Of a DNA stretch of 64,000 bases, positions 1-11,700 are shown piece by piece. Origin of the DNA: Callorhinchus milii (Eukaryota); the NCBI RefSeq assembly GCF_018977255.1, contig NW_024704752.1, forward strand, positions 18,848,001-18,912,000, given 5' to 3'. A model generated the notes under the pieces. That model saw only the letters and a program-made list of their open reading frames with translations, was not told the origin of the DNA and did no database searches. Position numbers and translations under genes: made by a program. The stretch's first letter is position 1. Each line of letters opens with the position of its first letter.

Positions 1-1184
1 ACTCAATCTCACAGCAACCAAACCGCAATCCCCAAACTGTCGGAGGCAGCGCGGTATTCTTTAACAAGTCCCCATTTCATTTCAAGCCGGGCAGCTCTTA
101 GTTGCTCCCATTTACTGATTTAGATGAAAGGAACCGTGGGTGAATGCAGCTTTGAACGTCACGTCATTAGGAATGGAAACAAACAGCCCACTTGCCCCAA
201 GCAAATGTCAGGGCAGCACAAAATGTTTCAGTGCTCAGTACCTTGTGGACTGTCGAGATTACTTCACGTTTGAACGAATCTACTAAATGTGACCCACGCT
301 TCCAAATTAGGTACAAGAGACAAAGGCAAATGGTTTTCCAAGAGCAGGTGCCTTATTCCACTGGTTCCAACCCAGTCGGATCAGAAATAAATTACTGAGG
401 GTTCCAGACCGCACGACCATCACAACTAGATGTTTTTGGCGCAGTGAAATGACCAAAGCACACCCAAAATAGACTGGTGTTCTGCGCAAATCAACATTGT
501 TGGCGCCAATTGGCATTTTCCTGGAGTTAATAGTGTAAAATTATTTCCGTGCCCCTCTGTAATCCACAATTCACCGTGTCTGTTGGCTGGCTGGCCTGCC
601 GACATGTTGTGAGTGCGCAAATATCAATAGATTTACTCACTTCAGTCATAAAGGCATCAAAAAGTATTCAGTTTTGAGTCGTGCAGTTTGCAGAATATAT
701 TTGCATTCATGTATTTCGTTGGTTATTTTTAGAACAGAATATTGGATTTTCCCATCTCCTAGGCAATGTTCTCTCTTCTTGAATCACGTAAGAACTAGAT
801 GCAATGCAACTGTTAGATAATTAACTCTTAATGATGTAACTGCACTCAGTGAGGTGCGTCTGCTTCAACTGTGTAAATTATGCAACAAAGGTGTATGTTT
901 AAATGACGTCTTCTCCCAAGGCTTTTCCATCAAATTAAACCCGTCTGCTCAGTCAACCTGTCCCTCGGCATTCACTCCGGTATGTAACATACTAATTATT
1001 TGGCCAGGTCATAGCCTATCATGCAGTCATTCTATCCCACTGCTTGCCTGCACAGACAGTGATGTACCATCTCCACTGTCTTTGACAGCAAAACAGGTCA
1101 ATATAACAAGGATCCTAGTGGAGAGAGGTTGTTTTTTGCAATGCCACTGGGAGAAAATGAGAACAATAGAATTCGTCTTCTTCA

Positions 1185-1535
1185 CAATAATAATCCTTGC
1201 ATTTGATACCACACCTTATCACATTTTCAAGAAGTTTCAAAGCACTTCACAAAATATACTGCAAAGTGAATCGACTGTATATTTTGTGGGTGAAACGCGG
1301 CAGTCAATTGCACACAGCAGTCCCACAAACAGTCGTGGATTTTTTTTTCAAGGGATTATTACCTCCAGAAAAATGATCCGCTAATTGATTAACAACTGGC
1401 TTCCTACTTACTGCTCGGTAAACAGAGGTGTGTGGAGTAAGGAAACTTGGCCAACGTTTCGTCCCGCCCGGGAATCGAACCCAGGTCCTCTCACTTGTGA
1501 GGTGAGTGCTCTAACCACTGAGCTACAAGACTCCA
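1185..1535 (-). mobile_element. Near full-length tRNA-derived DeuSINE-type SINE
   Basis: On the minus strand: tRNA-like head (A box TAGCTCAGTGG, B box GGTTCGATTCC), central GTGGGAC..GCTGTGTGCAATTG..GCCGCGTTTC domain, and tail ending CAAATGCAAGGATTATTATT. Over 30 partial copies occur in the window. Confidence 0.85.
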
Positions 1536-2624
1536 TGAAAGAATGCAACATGACCTTCCCTTCCTATCACTTCGAGCTCCAGAAACAGCTCTTGGAGTTT
1601 GTTTTCCTATATCACTGGAACACTCCGAGAGCCTGTTCTATTACAACAGCAACAACTTGCATTTATATTGGTCCCATCACACAAGCTAGCGTCCCAGAGC
1701 GCTTTCATTTTATGACTACAGCAGGAACAGTGATCTTAAACACACGGTATTATGGACTTACTTCAGATTCTTTTTTTTTAAATTAAAAAAAAATGTAATT
1801 TGAATCTTTCCAATTCAGTTTGTAAAAGAAAGTCGATTGTTTTCTGTGGGCAAACAGGATGTCCCACAAAGTCCCGTAAAAACACTCCGCAGGTGAATGA
1901 ACCAACTATGTGTGGGATTGTTGGCCAGGACACAAGGAGAAAGAAACTTCCCCTCTCTTTACCCGAGACCTGTCGAGCCACAGGGTCTTTCACATCCACC
2001 TTAAGAAAAGGCGTTGTTGTAAAATGAAGCCAACGTGTGGGAAATGCATCCCACGCATCTCAGAGTTACGGTGTTGGCTGAAGGCAACTGTGTGAGATTG
2101 TGCTCGTGAGTCAGGCCAACATTACCAGGTGCGTGCATCCTATCCTCCCGGTGATTTCGGGAGCTGTGGGGTCTGTGCTGGCAATACAGTTACAATTCCA
2201 CTGGATGGCGGACACTGAGCACTTGTTCTGCTGAAATCAGCCCACGCAGCACACACACAGGGCTTATTGATTAAGATCAATTGTTCACCCAACAGTAAAA
2301 CAGCCAAACATACATCGACGGCACTGCCCGATCGAACAAATGGCATCACGAGAAATATGGCCATTTTTGAACAGGAAATTCACAAAGATGGATATGTCAC
2401 ACATGCTTTATATTACAATAATCTGGATACTAAAAAATCCCTGCAAGTGGTCCCTTTTGTATTGAATCAAGGATGTTTACACCCTCTCAAAAACAATTAC
2501 ACGTTTCTGCACCAAAGAGCGGTTTCTGCAGAGTGAGCTCTGAAGATCAACTTCAGATCAAGGTCACGGCGATGCATAGGAATTCACCCATGTCCCGATA
2601 TTGAGCAAACAAACCAGCCCATAC

Positions 2625-2701
2625 CTGTACAGCATAGCAATGGAGTTCTGCTGCTTGTGTGAGAGCTTCCCAGGTGAGTCGCTCAAGGAATTGGAATACA
2701 T
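2625..2701 (-). CDS. KCNAB1: First coding exon of a voltage-gated K+ channel beta subunit (KCNAB family); rest of gene lies left of the window
   Basis: Exon 2729-2625: acceptor TTTTTTTTGTCTTTGTCTCTTTAG, ATG at 2701, peptide MYSNSLSDSPGKLSHKQQNSIAMLY(R), phase-2 donor AG|GTATGG. Aligns without gaps (11/25 identical) to the recalled Kvbeta2 N-terminus [25 protein letters not shown]. The symbol rests on synteny (GMPS-V2R-KCNAB1), not on the peptide. Confidence 0.6.
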
Positions 2702-4538
2702 TTCTCTCAGCAGGGAAATGCAACACACTCTAAAGAGACAAAGACAAAAAAAAGTCAGATACAATTGCAAATAACATTGGCGAAACAGCAACAACACATT
2801 ACATTTACACAGCGCCTTTCACATTAGGAGGATGTCCCAAGGGGCTGGACAGTCAGGAATGTGGACTCGAGCTGGGGATTTGGATCAGGTGTCAATCAGG
2901 CTAACATCACTCTCTGAACTCGGTTAGCAGACAGTTATTAAGAGGATTCCTTATATTCTTATTGCTTCCAACCAGGGTGTTAAGCAATGATCTCCAAAAC
3001 AGTGCAATGCAGGTCTTGGGTGCTTAATTAAACTGCATTGCAACATGCATGTTCTCATTCTTGTAGGATGGTTAAGAACCCGGTTCCTTCAGTTGATGGA
3101 TGATTTCATTTCTCATTCACTACGAGTGCTGCTCAAGAGTCTCATCCGAGATCTACTCCCTGCCCTTTTGCCAATGATACTTTGCTACACTACAATATTT
3201 AGCAAGGCCGCAGATCATCTTCTGACCTTCTCCCCTCTCCTCCCCTCCACGAAACTACTTGCTGGACAAATGCTGGCATTCTTTACCTCTTTATTGCAGT
3301 GGAAAATCAATTGCTCTCTAGACGCTACTGTTGGAACCTAATGTCCTACACCCACGTCTGACAAATACCTACATAGCACCTGTTTCCTTTTATTCTGCTC
3401 TGAACAGGAATTGCCAATTAACAGTTGATCTTAATGGGTGGTCTCCTTATATTGGAGTGGAGCCATCCAGTGTTTAATAGATGACTTCTCCCTGTCAATC
3501 ATATTGGTCTCCTCTACATCTTATAATAAATATTTGCATTTGATGCAGCACCTTCGATATAACAGTGAAAAAAGCCTCAAAACCCCAGGTCTTCCTACAA
3601 CCCAGGCGTCATCTTACACACAAAATAAGAAATCTGCTGGTTCTGAATTGCTCTGATATGCTCAATACAGTGAGCCAGAACTCCTGTGGTATTTCTGTCA
3701 TCAGCAGAGAGTAATTCATTCTGTCTTGGTTCCTGAGAGAAAAGGACAACATACAAAAGACACTGGACCATCAAGCTCTCAGATAATAATGCTTGGAAAC
3801 CCATAAGCTTTGGTGGCAACTACTAAACCCAGGGAGTGCGCTTGGAATCCACTCGTCCTTACACAGTTTCTGTGATAGCTCCGAAACAGATCATTTATCT
3901 GTTGCGCTCTCCAGGGTCCAATTGTGTTACTGTACTCGTTAAAGCTCATTAAAAACAGAGCAGCTGAACATCCTATGGGGGCAATTGAGATCCTCCTTTT
4001 AGTTTTCTGCAAATCACTTAAGAATTGCTGTATAACTCTCAAATGCTTTACGATGCAAAAATATTGCATTATAAACAGATGTCAAACTGGCCCGAGTCTG
4101 GAACATAAATGATTGTATAAGGTTTGGACCTCACTTTACTTAAATGGGTAAAGATTTCTGGTGCACTGTTGCATTTTAGCCATTGGCTTCCAACAACGAC
4201 GACGACAACAACAACAACAACAAATTGCATTTATATTGCGCCTTTCACACTGGGTGGATGTCCCAAGGAGTTGGACTGCAAAGGATTTGCACCCGAGCTG
4301 GGGGCTGGAGCCAAGAGGGGTGGAGTACAGGGGAGGGGTAAGAAACATTCTAAGAAAAGTGTCTGCACCTTTAAAACACTGAAAGATGTGGATGATATAG
4401 ATCAGTATAAGCAAATCCAGTTACACTTAAACTATAATGGCAGAAAATGAGCAAATGGTTGAAACGCTCACCTGCTGACAAAGTAGCTCAGCTGTTGAAC
4501 ACTGAATGGGTTTGTACTTACACTTAAAATGAACCCTT

Positions 4539-4670
4539 TACACTGGCCCACTTACCCCTTGACACTGGCCCACTTACCCCTTGACACTGGCCCACTACCC
4601 CCTTGACACTGGCCCACTTACCCCTTGACACTGGCCCACTTCCCCCTTGACACTGGCCCACTTCCCCCTT
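4539..4670. repeat. 22-bp minisatellite x6 (GACACTGGCCCACTTACCCCTT)
   Basis: Six consecutive units starting at 4539, 4561, 4583, 4605, 4627 and 4649, with few substitutions. Confidence 0.95.
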
Positions 4671-5104
4671 TACTTTTTCACTCGATCTTTGTTCCATCAG
4701 TTTTGAAAAGCAGGAAAACGCGGAACAGCTTCACTTAGTGGTGAAAATCTCTCAGCTTCTGGTTAGCTCCTGCCTACAGATGACCAGACAGCAACAGTTT
4801 CCATTTATTTAGGCGCCTTTCACATCATGGCGGATGTCTCAAAGCACTTCACACAGCTAACTGTGAGCACGAGCTGGGGACAGGTTTTGTAACATGAAGA
4901 CATCAAGATACAAGCTCCAACTGTCATTTGTCATTTAACTGCAGAAAAACTATTAGGTTCGAGTAAGTAACTGTCACAGATAGTCACTGAATGGCATCAG
5001 ATTTACCTGCTGCTTCTTCTTCCGTCTATCATTTTGCCGCCCCTCCTTGAATAAAACAAAAATCATTTTCAGTATTGTCTTCGTTCATTATTGCACAATG
5101 ATAT

Positions 5105-5430
5105 AACAACAACAACGTGCATTTATATAAGGTCCTTCACATGAGCTAGCGTCCCGGAGCATGTGACCGTAGCAGAGTCTGACCCCGAGCCGGGGGAGAG
5201 GGAGGGTGAGGGGACCTGTAAGCACAATCAAAAAGGAAGGTGTTTAGGTGGGATTTGAAGGTGGGGAGTGAGGGAGGGAGGGGGGGGGCAAGGCAGAGCG
5301 ATTGAGGGAGAGAGTGACAAAGTTTCGGCGCTCAGTGGCTGCCGATGGTGGCGAGGAGGGGACGAGGGACGAACAGGAGGCCGGAGCTGGCCGAGCGGAG
5401 GCAGCGGGTGGTGGAGTGAGGGGGTAATCA
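5105..5430 (-). mobile_element. Degraded L2 3' fragment
   Basis: (CAA)n tail, TTTATATAAGG..., then a purine-rich body like the other L2 copies. Confidence 0.6.
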
Positions 5431-8400
5431 GATAATTTCCTTCAGGCATTCCAAATCAATATCAGCAGCAGGTGCAAAGCAGACAGCGGGGAGGAGAGTT
5501 GATCTGCAATTGCCTTGCCGGTTCGCTTGCCAGCAGGTCAAAGGTTCCGTTTAGCCCTTCAATGACTGAAAGATTTGTCCTGACTAACCCAGAGCATTGA
5601 GCTAAATCGCACCACCCCACTGCCTCCCGTAATCTATTGCACGTCTGTGTTTCTTAAGGTCAAACAGTTTTTAGCAGAAAATGCGTTGAGGGTAAGATGG
5701 GCATTTGCCCTGCTGCAGGTCCTCAACTTCAGTGTACAGTCACTGGCAGGACATTTGCATGTCTTTAATGCCAATGCGACTATTAACGTATAAAATGAAT
5801 TCCCCACAAAAGAGCTAAGCCTACCTGTCTAAACTTAAGTTACAAAAATGCGCACCGCATAGTTACCCTGTGAACATAATCTTTACTGGACATTAAACCC
5901 CATATGTTATTAGCAGGAATTGCAAGGACAATTCTCCAATGGAGGTTATTCAGGTTTAGAGAGAATGAATGAAATCAACATTATTTTTCACAACAACAAA
6001 ATGAGATGTTGTGCTATTTCAACACCGTGTTAAATGTTTAATCCTGGAGTTGGCATTCCAGGCCCTGATACCATAAAGATATTGCAACTGAGGGTTGCTC
6101 CACTGATGTCAAGGGTTAAATCGATTAAATGAGAAGTAATTGGTTTGTGACTTGACAGCCAGTCTTAATGCTTTAAAACTGTTACTACAAGCGTCTGGGT
6201 GCTAAAGGCAGCAGCGCTTCCTCACTGAAGAGCTACCATTTCTCTGCTGCGTTCACAGTACTTTTCATCAACACCTTCTAGAAAAATCTTGCCTATCGCC
6301 GATCTGCTCCTGGTTTACCCCTGAGACAATCAGGTAATAATCCTGGCCGGGGTCCTGCTTTACAGTCACAATGTTGTGAGGCCCTGACTTACAGGCACGA
6401 TAATGAAGCAAATGTTTTGAAAGCATTTATACCTCTTTCTTACCTCAAACCTTCGCAGCTGCTTCTTCTGCCTCTCAAAGCACAGCTCCTTCCCTGACGT
6501 TCCTCCCCAGTCCAGGCTTGATGCCCACAAGCTCGTTGTTTTAAGCACTGCAGGTTTTATCGCCCTCGCATACAACTTTCTCAGACCTTGATGAAGGCAG
6601 ATTTTGCTGTCCACAGCCCGAGTCGATCACCAAGTCAGCCCTGGCTGCATTCATTTACTCAGTGTGCTGAAAGCCTAGACAGTCAACAGTAGAAACCTCA
6701 GGGGTCAACAGTACACAGCCTGAGAGTCCTGATCACTCTTCAGCCAGGGTCAGGGTAGGGCATTTTGAAGGGTTAATTCGGGAAAGTGGACTGTTCAATA
6801 CAGGTCAAGTGGCTATCCCTCTCTGTGCGTTAATGTGGATTGTCACACCTTGTCAAAGGTAACGTTAAGCATCGTCAAGCTTGCCGTGCATCCCCGTAAA
6901 CTAAGCCAACACACTACCGATGTCTGAAGTAGTTCTACGGTTGTACGTGTTTTCTTTCAAAAAGATAGTCGTCAACTCCTCGCTGTTTAACTGTGACAGG
7001 ATTGCTAACTAGTTATGGGGCCTTTGTTTGATTACACTGCGCAGTGTCCCCCTCTCCCCAGTGCATCTGACAACATCCCAGTCAGCCTCCAGGTAAAACA
7101 AATGATGGCATGAAAGGATCACAAATTGCTTGCAAAAATAATAATAGTAATAATTTGGTCACTTCAATCCACGCTGTGTGTGGGACGCTGCTGTGTGCAA
7201 TTGGCTGCCGCGTTCGCCCACAAATATACAGTCAATCCATTTTACAGGATATTCTGTGAAGCGCTTTGAGAGGTCTCGAAGACGTCATAAGGCGCTATGT
7301 CAAATGTAAGGATTATTATTATCATTAACGAAATAACGGCCCTTGGATTTCGTGTAGTGCCTCATCACATCGCAAAGCACTTCACAGGATTTACTGTAGA
7401 TTGCAGTGACTCTGTATTTTCTAGGCAAACATCCCAACGGCGGCAAAATGGACCTGAAACACCACTGTACTGATTCAGGTCAGTCATCAATACATTGGGA
7501 GACCCACAAAAATCTGTATCTGACCCAAGGCAGCAGATGAGGCACTGATTACAACTCTGGAGTTAAGCTCATACACGCCCACACGCACATACCCACACGC
7601 ACACACGCAGATACCCACACCCACACACACACAGCCACACACACAACCACACACACACAGCCACAGATACATTAAAATATTACATATTTTTCCAAAGTTC
7701 CTGTGTTGTCCTCCAGCCAGCAAGCACTCTGCTATCGCATGACACAAAACATCCAAAGCCCTTTTTTTTTTGCATAGGCACAGTTTAATTTTAAGATTTC
7801 ATTATAAAAAGATTTGAGACGTACCATTGTTGTCGGCGGGATATCAGTCAGCATGTAAATTATAACAGCATGAAATTAAATGCAAAAATTTAGGAATGAA
7901 ATAAGATTCATTTAGCATTGAAATGCATAATTGTGTCCACATCTGTCAATTATCTCATTTGTAATTTTCAGGCCACAGTTTAATAACTGCTTAATTAAAT
8001 CATAACAAAGCTATAAATAAAAGAATTGAAAGAAATAACCTGAATAAATAGTCCCCTTCACACCTCGAGGAGTGCAGGACAATCAGGTTCAGTTTTTTTT
8101 TAAAAATAAATATTTTTTTAAAATGGGAGAAATTCCACATGGGTTTGGCGCAGCATTTAACACGTTTCTCTCACAAAACATACAGTCAATTCACTTTATA
8201 ATATATTCTGTGAAGCACTTTGAGACATCTCAACAATGTGATAAGGCACTATATCAAATGCAAGGATTATTATTGTTTCATAGCACCCAGAATTCGGTAT
8301 ATTGTAGCCTTAGTTTTGAAGCTATTTTTTGCATCAAATTCTTCTAAGGACTGGCAGAGAAACAACTTCAAAGTTGAGGTTGAATTCAACAATTTGCCAA

Positions 8401-8750
8401 ATTCTGGATGCTCTAAAATGTTAGGAGTAAATCTAGACCTGGATGGAATTTCTCCCCATTTAAAACATTTTTTTTTTTTAAAAGAGATTTCTGTGTCTCT
8501 ACAGATTAAACAGAAATCAAACCTAGAATTGGTTCTGAGATCCAGGTCATTACAGAGCAAACATTTATGTATAATCGTGAGATAAAATTAATAATAATGA
8601 ATAAAATACATTCGAATATAAGGCATGTCCATTGTATACAGACGCTTTAAAGTACAAACTAGAGCTTCCCGAGAAATGCTCGAGAAATATAATGATTCAA
8701 GCAGCAAATTCAAGTCCTGTTGTTTTGTTGCACCCAGATTAATCCGTTCA

Positions 8751-11700
8751 TTAATCCAGAGCAACAGTTGAGCAGGTGGTGCTCACTCCTGATGTGCTCA
8801 GTGACTGAGAGGTGAGTGGAGCGCTCTTATCGTTGCCATTGGTTTTGCCCGTAACCAATTCTTCTGTGTTCCTCTCCGGCTTCAGTAGAATTATATAACA
8901 TTTAGGAAGAAACAGACAGCCCAGCATCCCAAAGCTGGAAGCCAGGATGGCGAATATTTCCACAGCCACCATGTACTTCCCTCGGGTGCTGAGGTAAGCC
9001 GGGATGAAGGAAATCCAGACAATGAAAAAGACGAGCAGGGCGAAGGTCATGAACTTAGCTTCGTTAAAGTTATCGGGCAATTTGCGAGCTATGAAAGCAA
9101 AGATGAAGCAAATGGCCGCCAAGAGCAGGTCATAGCCAAGCACACAGCACAGGAACACCACCGAGCCCTCGCTGCATTCCAGAATGATCTTGATATTCTG
9201 AGAGAGGGTATTCTTGAGGGGGTGGGGAGGGAAGATGAGCAGCCAGGCCAGGCAGAGGCAAGCGTGGCAGAATATAAAGATGGAGGCGATGACCCTCTGT
9301 TGGAGGTGTCCTGCGGCTTTTTGCTCAGTCTTTTCTGGTGCTTTGGCCGCTCTGGCTACGAGCATCAGGGCAAAGGCCTTGGCCAACATGCACGAGAGGC
9401 AGACGCTGAAGCTCAGGGCCAGGAGGACTTGCCGGGTCATGCAAGACCAGTTTTGCGGCTGGCCGACAAAGAAGACGGAGCTGAGAAAGCTTATGACCAG
9501 CGAGAACAAGAGCAGGAAGCTCAACCCTCGATCGTTCGACTTGACGAGCGCAGTGTCCCGGCGAACCAGGTAAACTGCCCCCACAGCCGCAGTCACACAG
9601 GCTCCCAGTATAGACAGCACGATCAGCGCGATTCCCAATGGGTCATTGTAACCCAGGTACTCAATATCTTTGTGCAAACACTCATCTCGCTTCTCGTTTG
9701 ACCAGTAATCCTCGAGACACTCAATGCATTCCCTGGCATCTGCCGAATGAATAATAACAATAATATTAATCCTCACATTTGATACAGCGCCTTATCACGT
9801 CTTCGAGACGTCTCAAAGCGCTTCACAGGATACGCTGTAAAGCGAATCGATTGTGTATTTTGTAAACAAAACGCGGCAGCCAATTGCGCACAGCAGCGTC
9901 CCCACAAACAGCCGTGGTTTGAAGTGGCCAAATTATTTATAATTGCAATTACAAATAAATAACAATGTGGTCTCCGGTAATCACAGGCTTTACAATAGAG
10001 GTTACGCTTCTATGTTAAAAGAAATGGACAAATCTGGCTCTCGTGGCTCGATAATGATTTTGCGCCCATTTACATATTCAGTAATTTCTCGCGGAAAGTA
10101 TTTATGAACACAGCTTCCGTATGAATAACTATCAAATAACCACACAAACGCGCTAGTAATTTTGGGTGTGAGTAATTTTCAGCTGACCTGTTGTGTTGGT
10201 TATTTCACCATCAGCACATGGAATGCAGTCGAAACAACACACAGGTTCTCCCTGTCGAATTCCCTTCCTGGTGCCAGGCTGACAGCTCTCACTGCACAGA
10301 GAGACCGGAGGCTGCCAAACATTGACATAGATTCAGTCTGACATTTGACATGGGTTTTTTTTCCGGTTGCAATCATAGAATCATAGAATATTACAGCACA
10401 GAAGGAGGCCATTCGGCCCTTCATGCCACATCGTTGGTGAAGGGTAAATAAATTGGAGCCTTCCCAAGTCTCACGAGTCTTAATAATCAATACAATACAA
10501 TACAGTCAAAAATGCAATGTTTTACAACAGATTGGATACAATAATTATCCCATTGAAAGGATCCTGAAACGTTAAAGATTTTTTTCAGCTGCATTGAGTA
10601 TATAATATACAGGGTGGCCGAAAAGTCGTGATACCATTACACTGTCTAATAAGTCTCAAGGAAATGATAGTATTGTTGTTTGTTTTTAGATAATAGGGTA
10701 GTTATCATGACTTTGTGGTCACCCGGTATAAGTACGTTCCAGGGCAAACTCTTTTGTGATAAACAAGTCAGCTATTTGGTTACTTACATACCGTGATCTG
10801 CTCATTGTTCCAAATGATAGAGTCATTGTAAATGACCATGTCTTGGTCTGAGTCCGCAGATTCATTGTAACTTCCCACTAGTGTGTAGGAAATGTAGCCA
10901 TCAGGGCTCCTCCGCCAGTTCATAATGTCATATGCTGCCTTGACATCTCCGTTTATATCAAAATAGATATCTTCCCCATTAAGGCTTGTGAAACGGACAT
11001 TTTTCAGGTAATACATGAGCTAGGAGGGACAGGAGAAAGAGTGACTCAGATGTAAATGAGGGAATAAAAACATAGGAACAAAGAATTTGCGAGGCGGTGT
11101 AAGAAGACAAGGTTCATCTAATTCGCCTTCCACCATCCTGGCAGTCGCTTGACGTGTCGTATCCCCAAACTAAGTTGAACTGTTGGTAGACTTGACCTTT
11201 GGAATAAGTAATGGTCTTATTCTATAACTGTATATTCTAACTATTATAAGTTGTTCTATAATTCTATGACGAGGCGAGCGCGCAAACCGTTATGCTACGG
11301 AACTCCTTTGAAGAACAGTTCTCACAACAAGAAATACTGCACTTAATTCAAAATATGACAAGAGAAGTTTGGATGAAGAAGGCCCTTCTGCCCATTTGAT
11401 CTCAACCTTCCATACCCACCCGACCTTCCATCCATTTAGCATCCAGCTGTTTCTTAAATGAGTCCAGGGTCCTGGCCTCTTCCTGGCAACCCATTTCGGT
11501 TGTTAATTGTTGTTTGTGTAAAGGAACACTCGCTGGTGTTTGTGCAGCTCTATAATAATATAATAATAATCCTTGCATTTGATATAGCTACCACTGTTGA
11601 TGTATAGTTGAAAGATAGCAGATGAAAACAAATGAAAACATACCTGCCACGGCTCAAACTTTTGAATGTCTGCGCATGTCCCATTTACAAAAGGACCACT

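Noticed and set aside
10-120. Minus-strand peptide EQLRAARLEMKW, faintly like Kvbeta1.3 QLRAR...EMNW
   Set aside because: In-frame stops lie close on both sides and there is no suitable start or donor; treated as chance.
854-1786. ORFs of 176 and 133 aa
   Set aside because: They run through SINE/L2 sequence, use non-ATG starts and show no recognisable domain.
4539-4670. Possible CRISPR-like array
   Set aside because: Head-to-tail units with no spacers, eukaryotic context and no cas genes.
9214-9701. Plus-strand ORFs of 119 and 159 aa (similar cases at 11632-12289 and 22785-23270)
   Set aside because: Antisense shadows of V2R exons, explained by codon composition.
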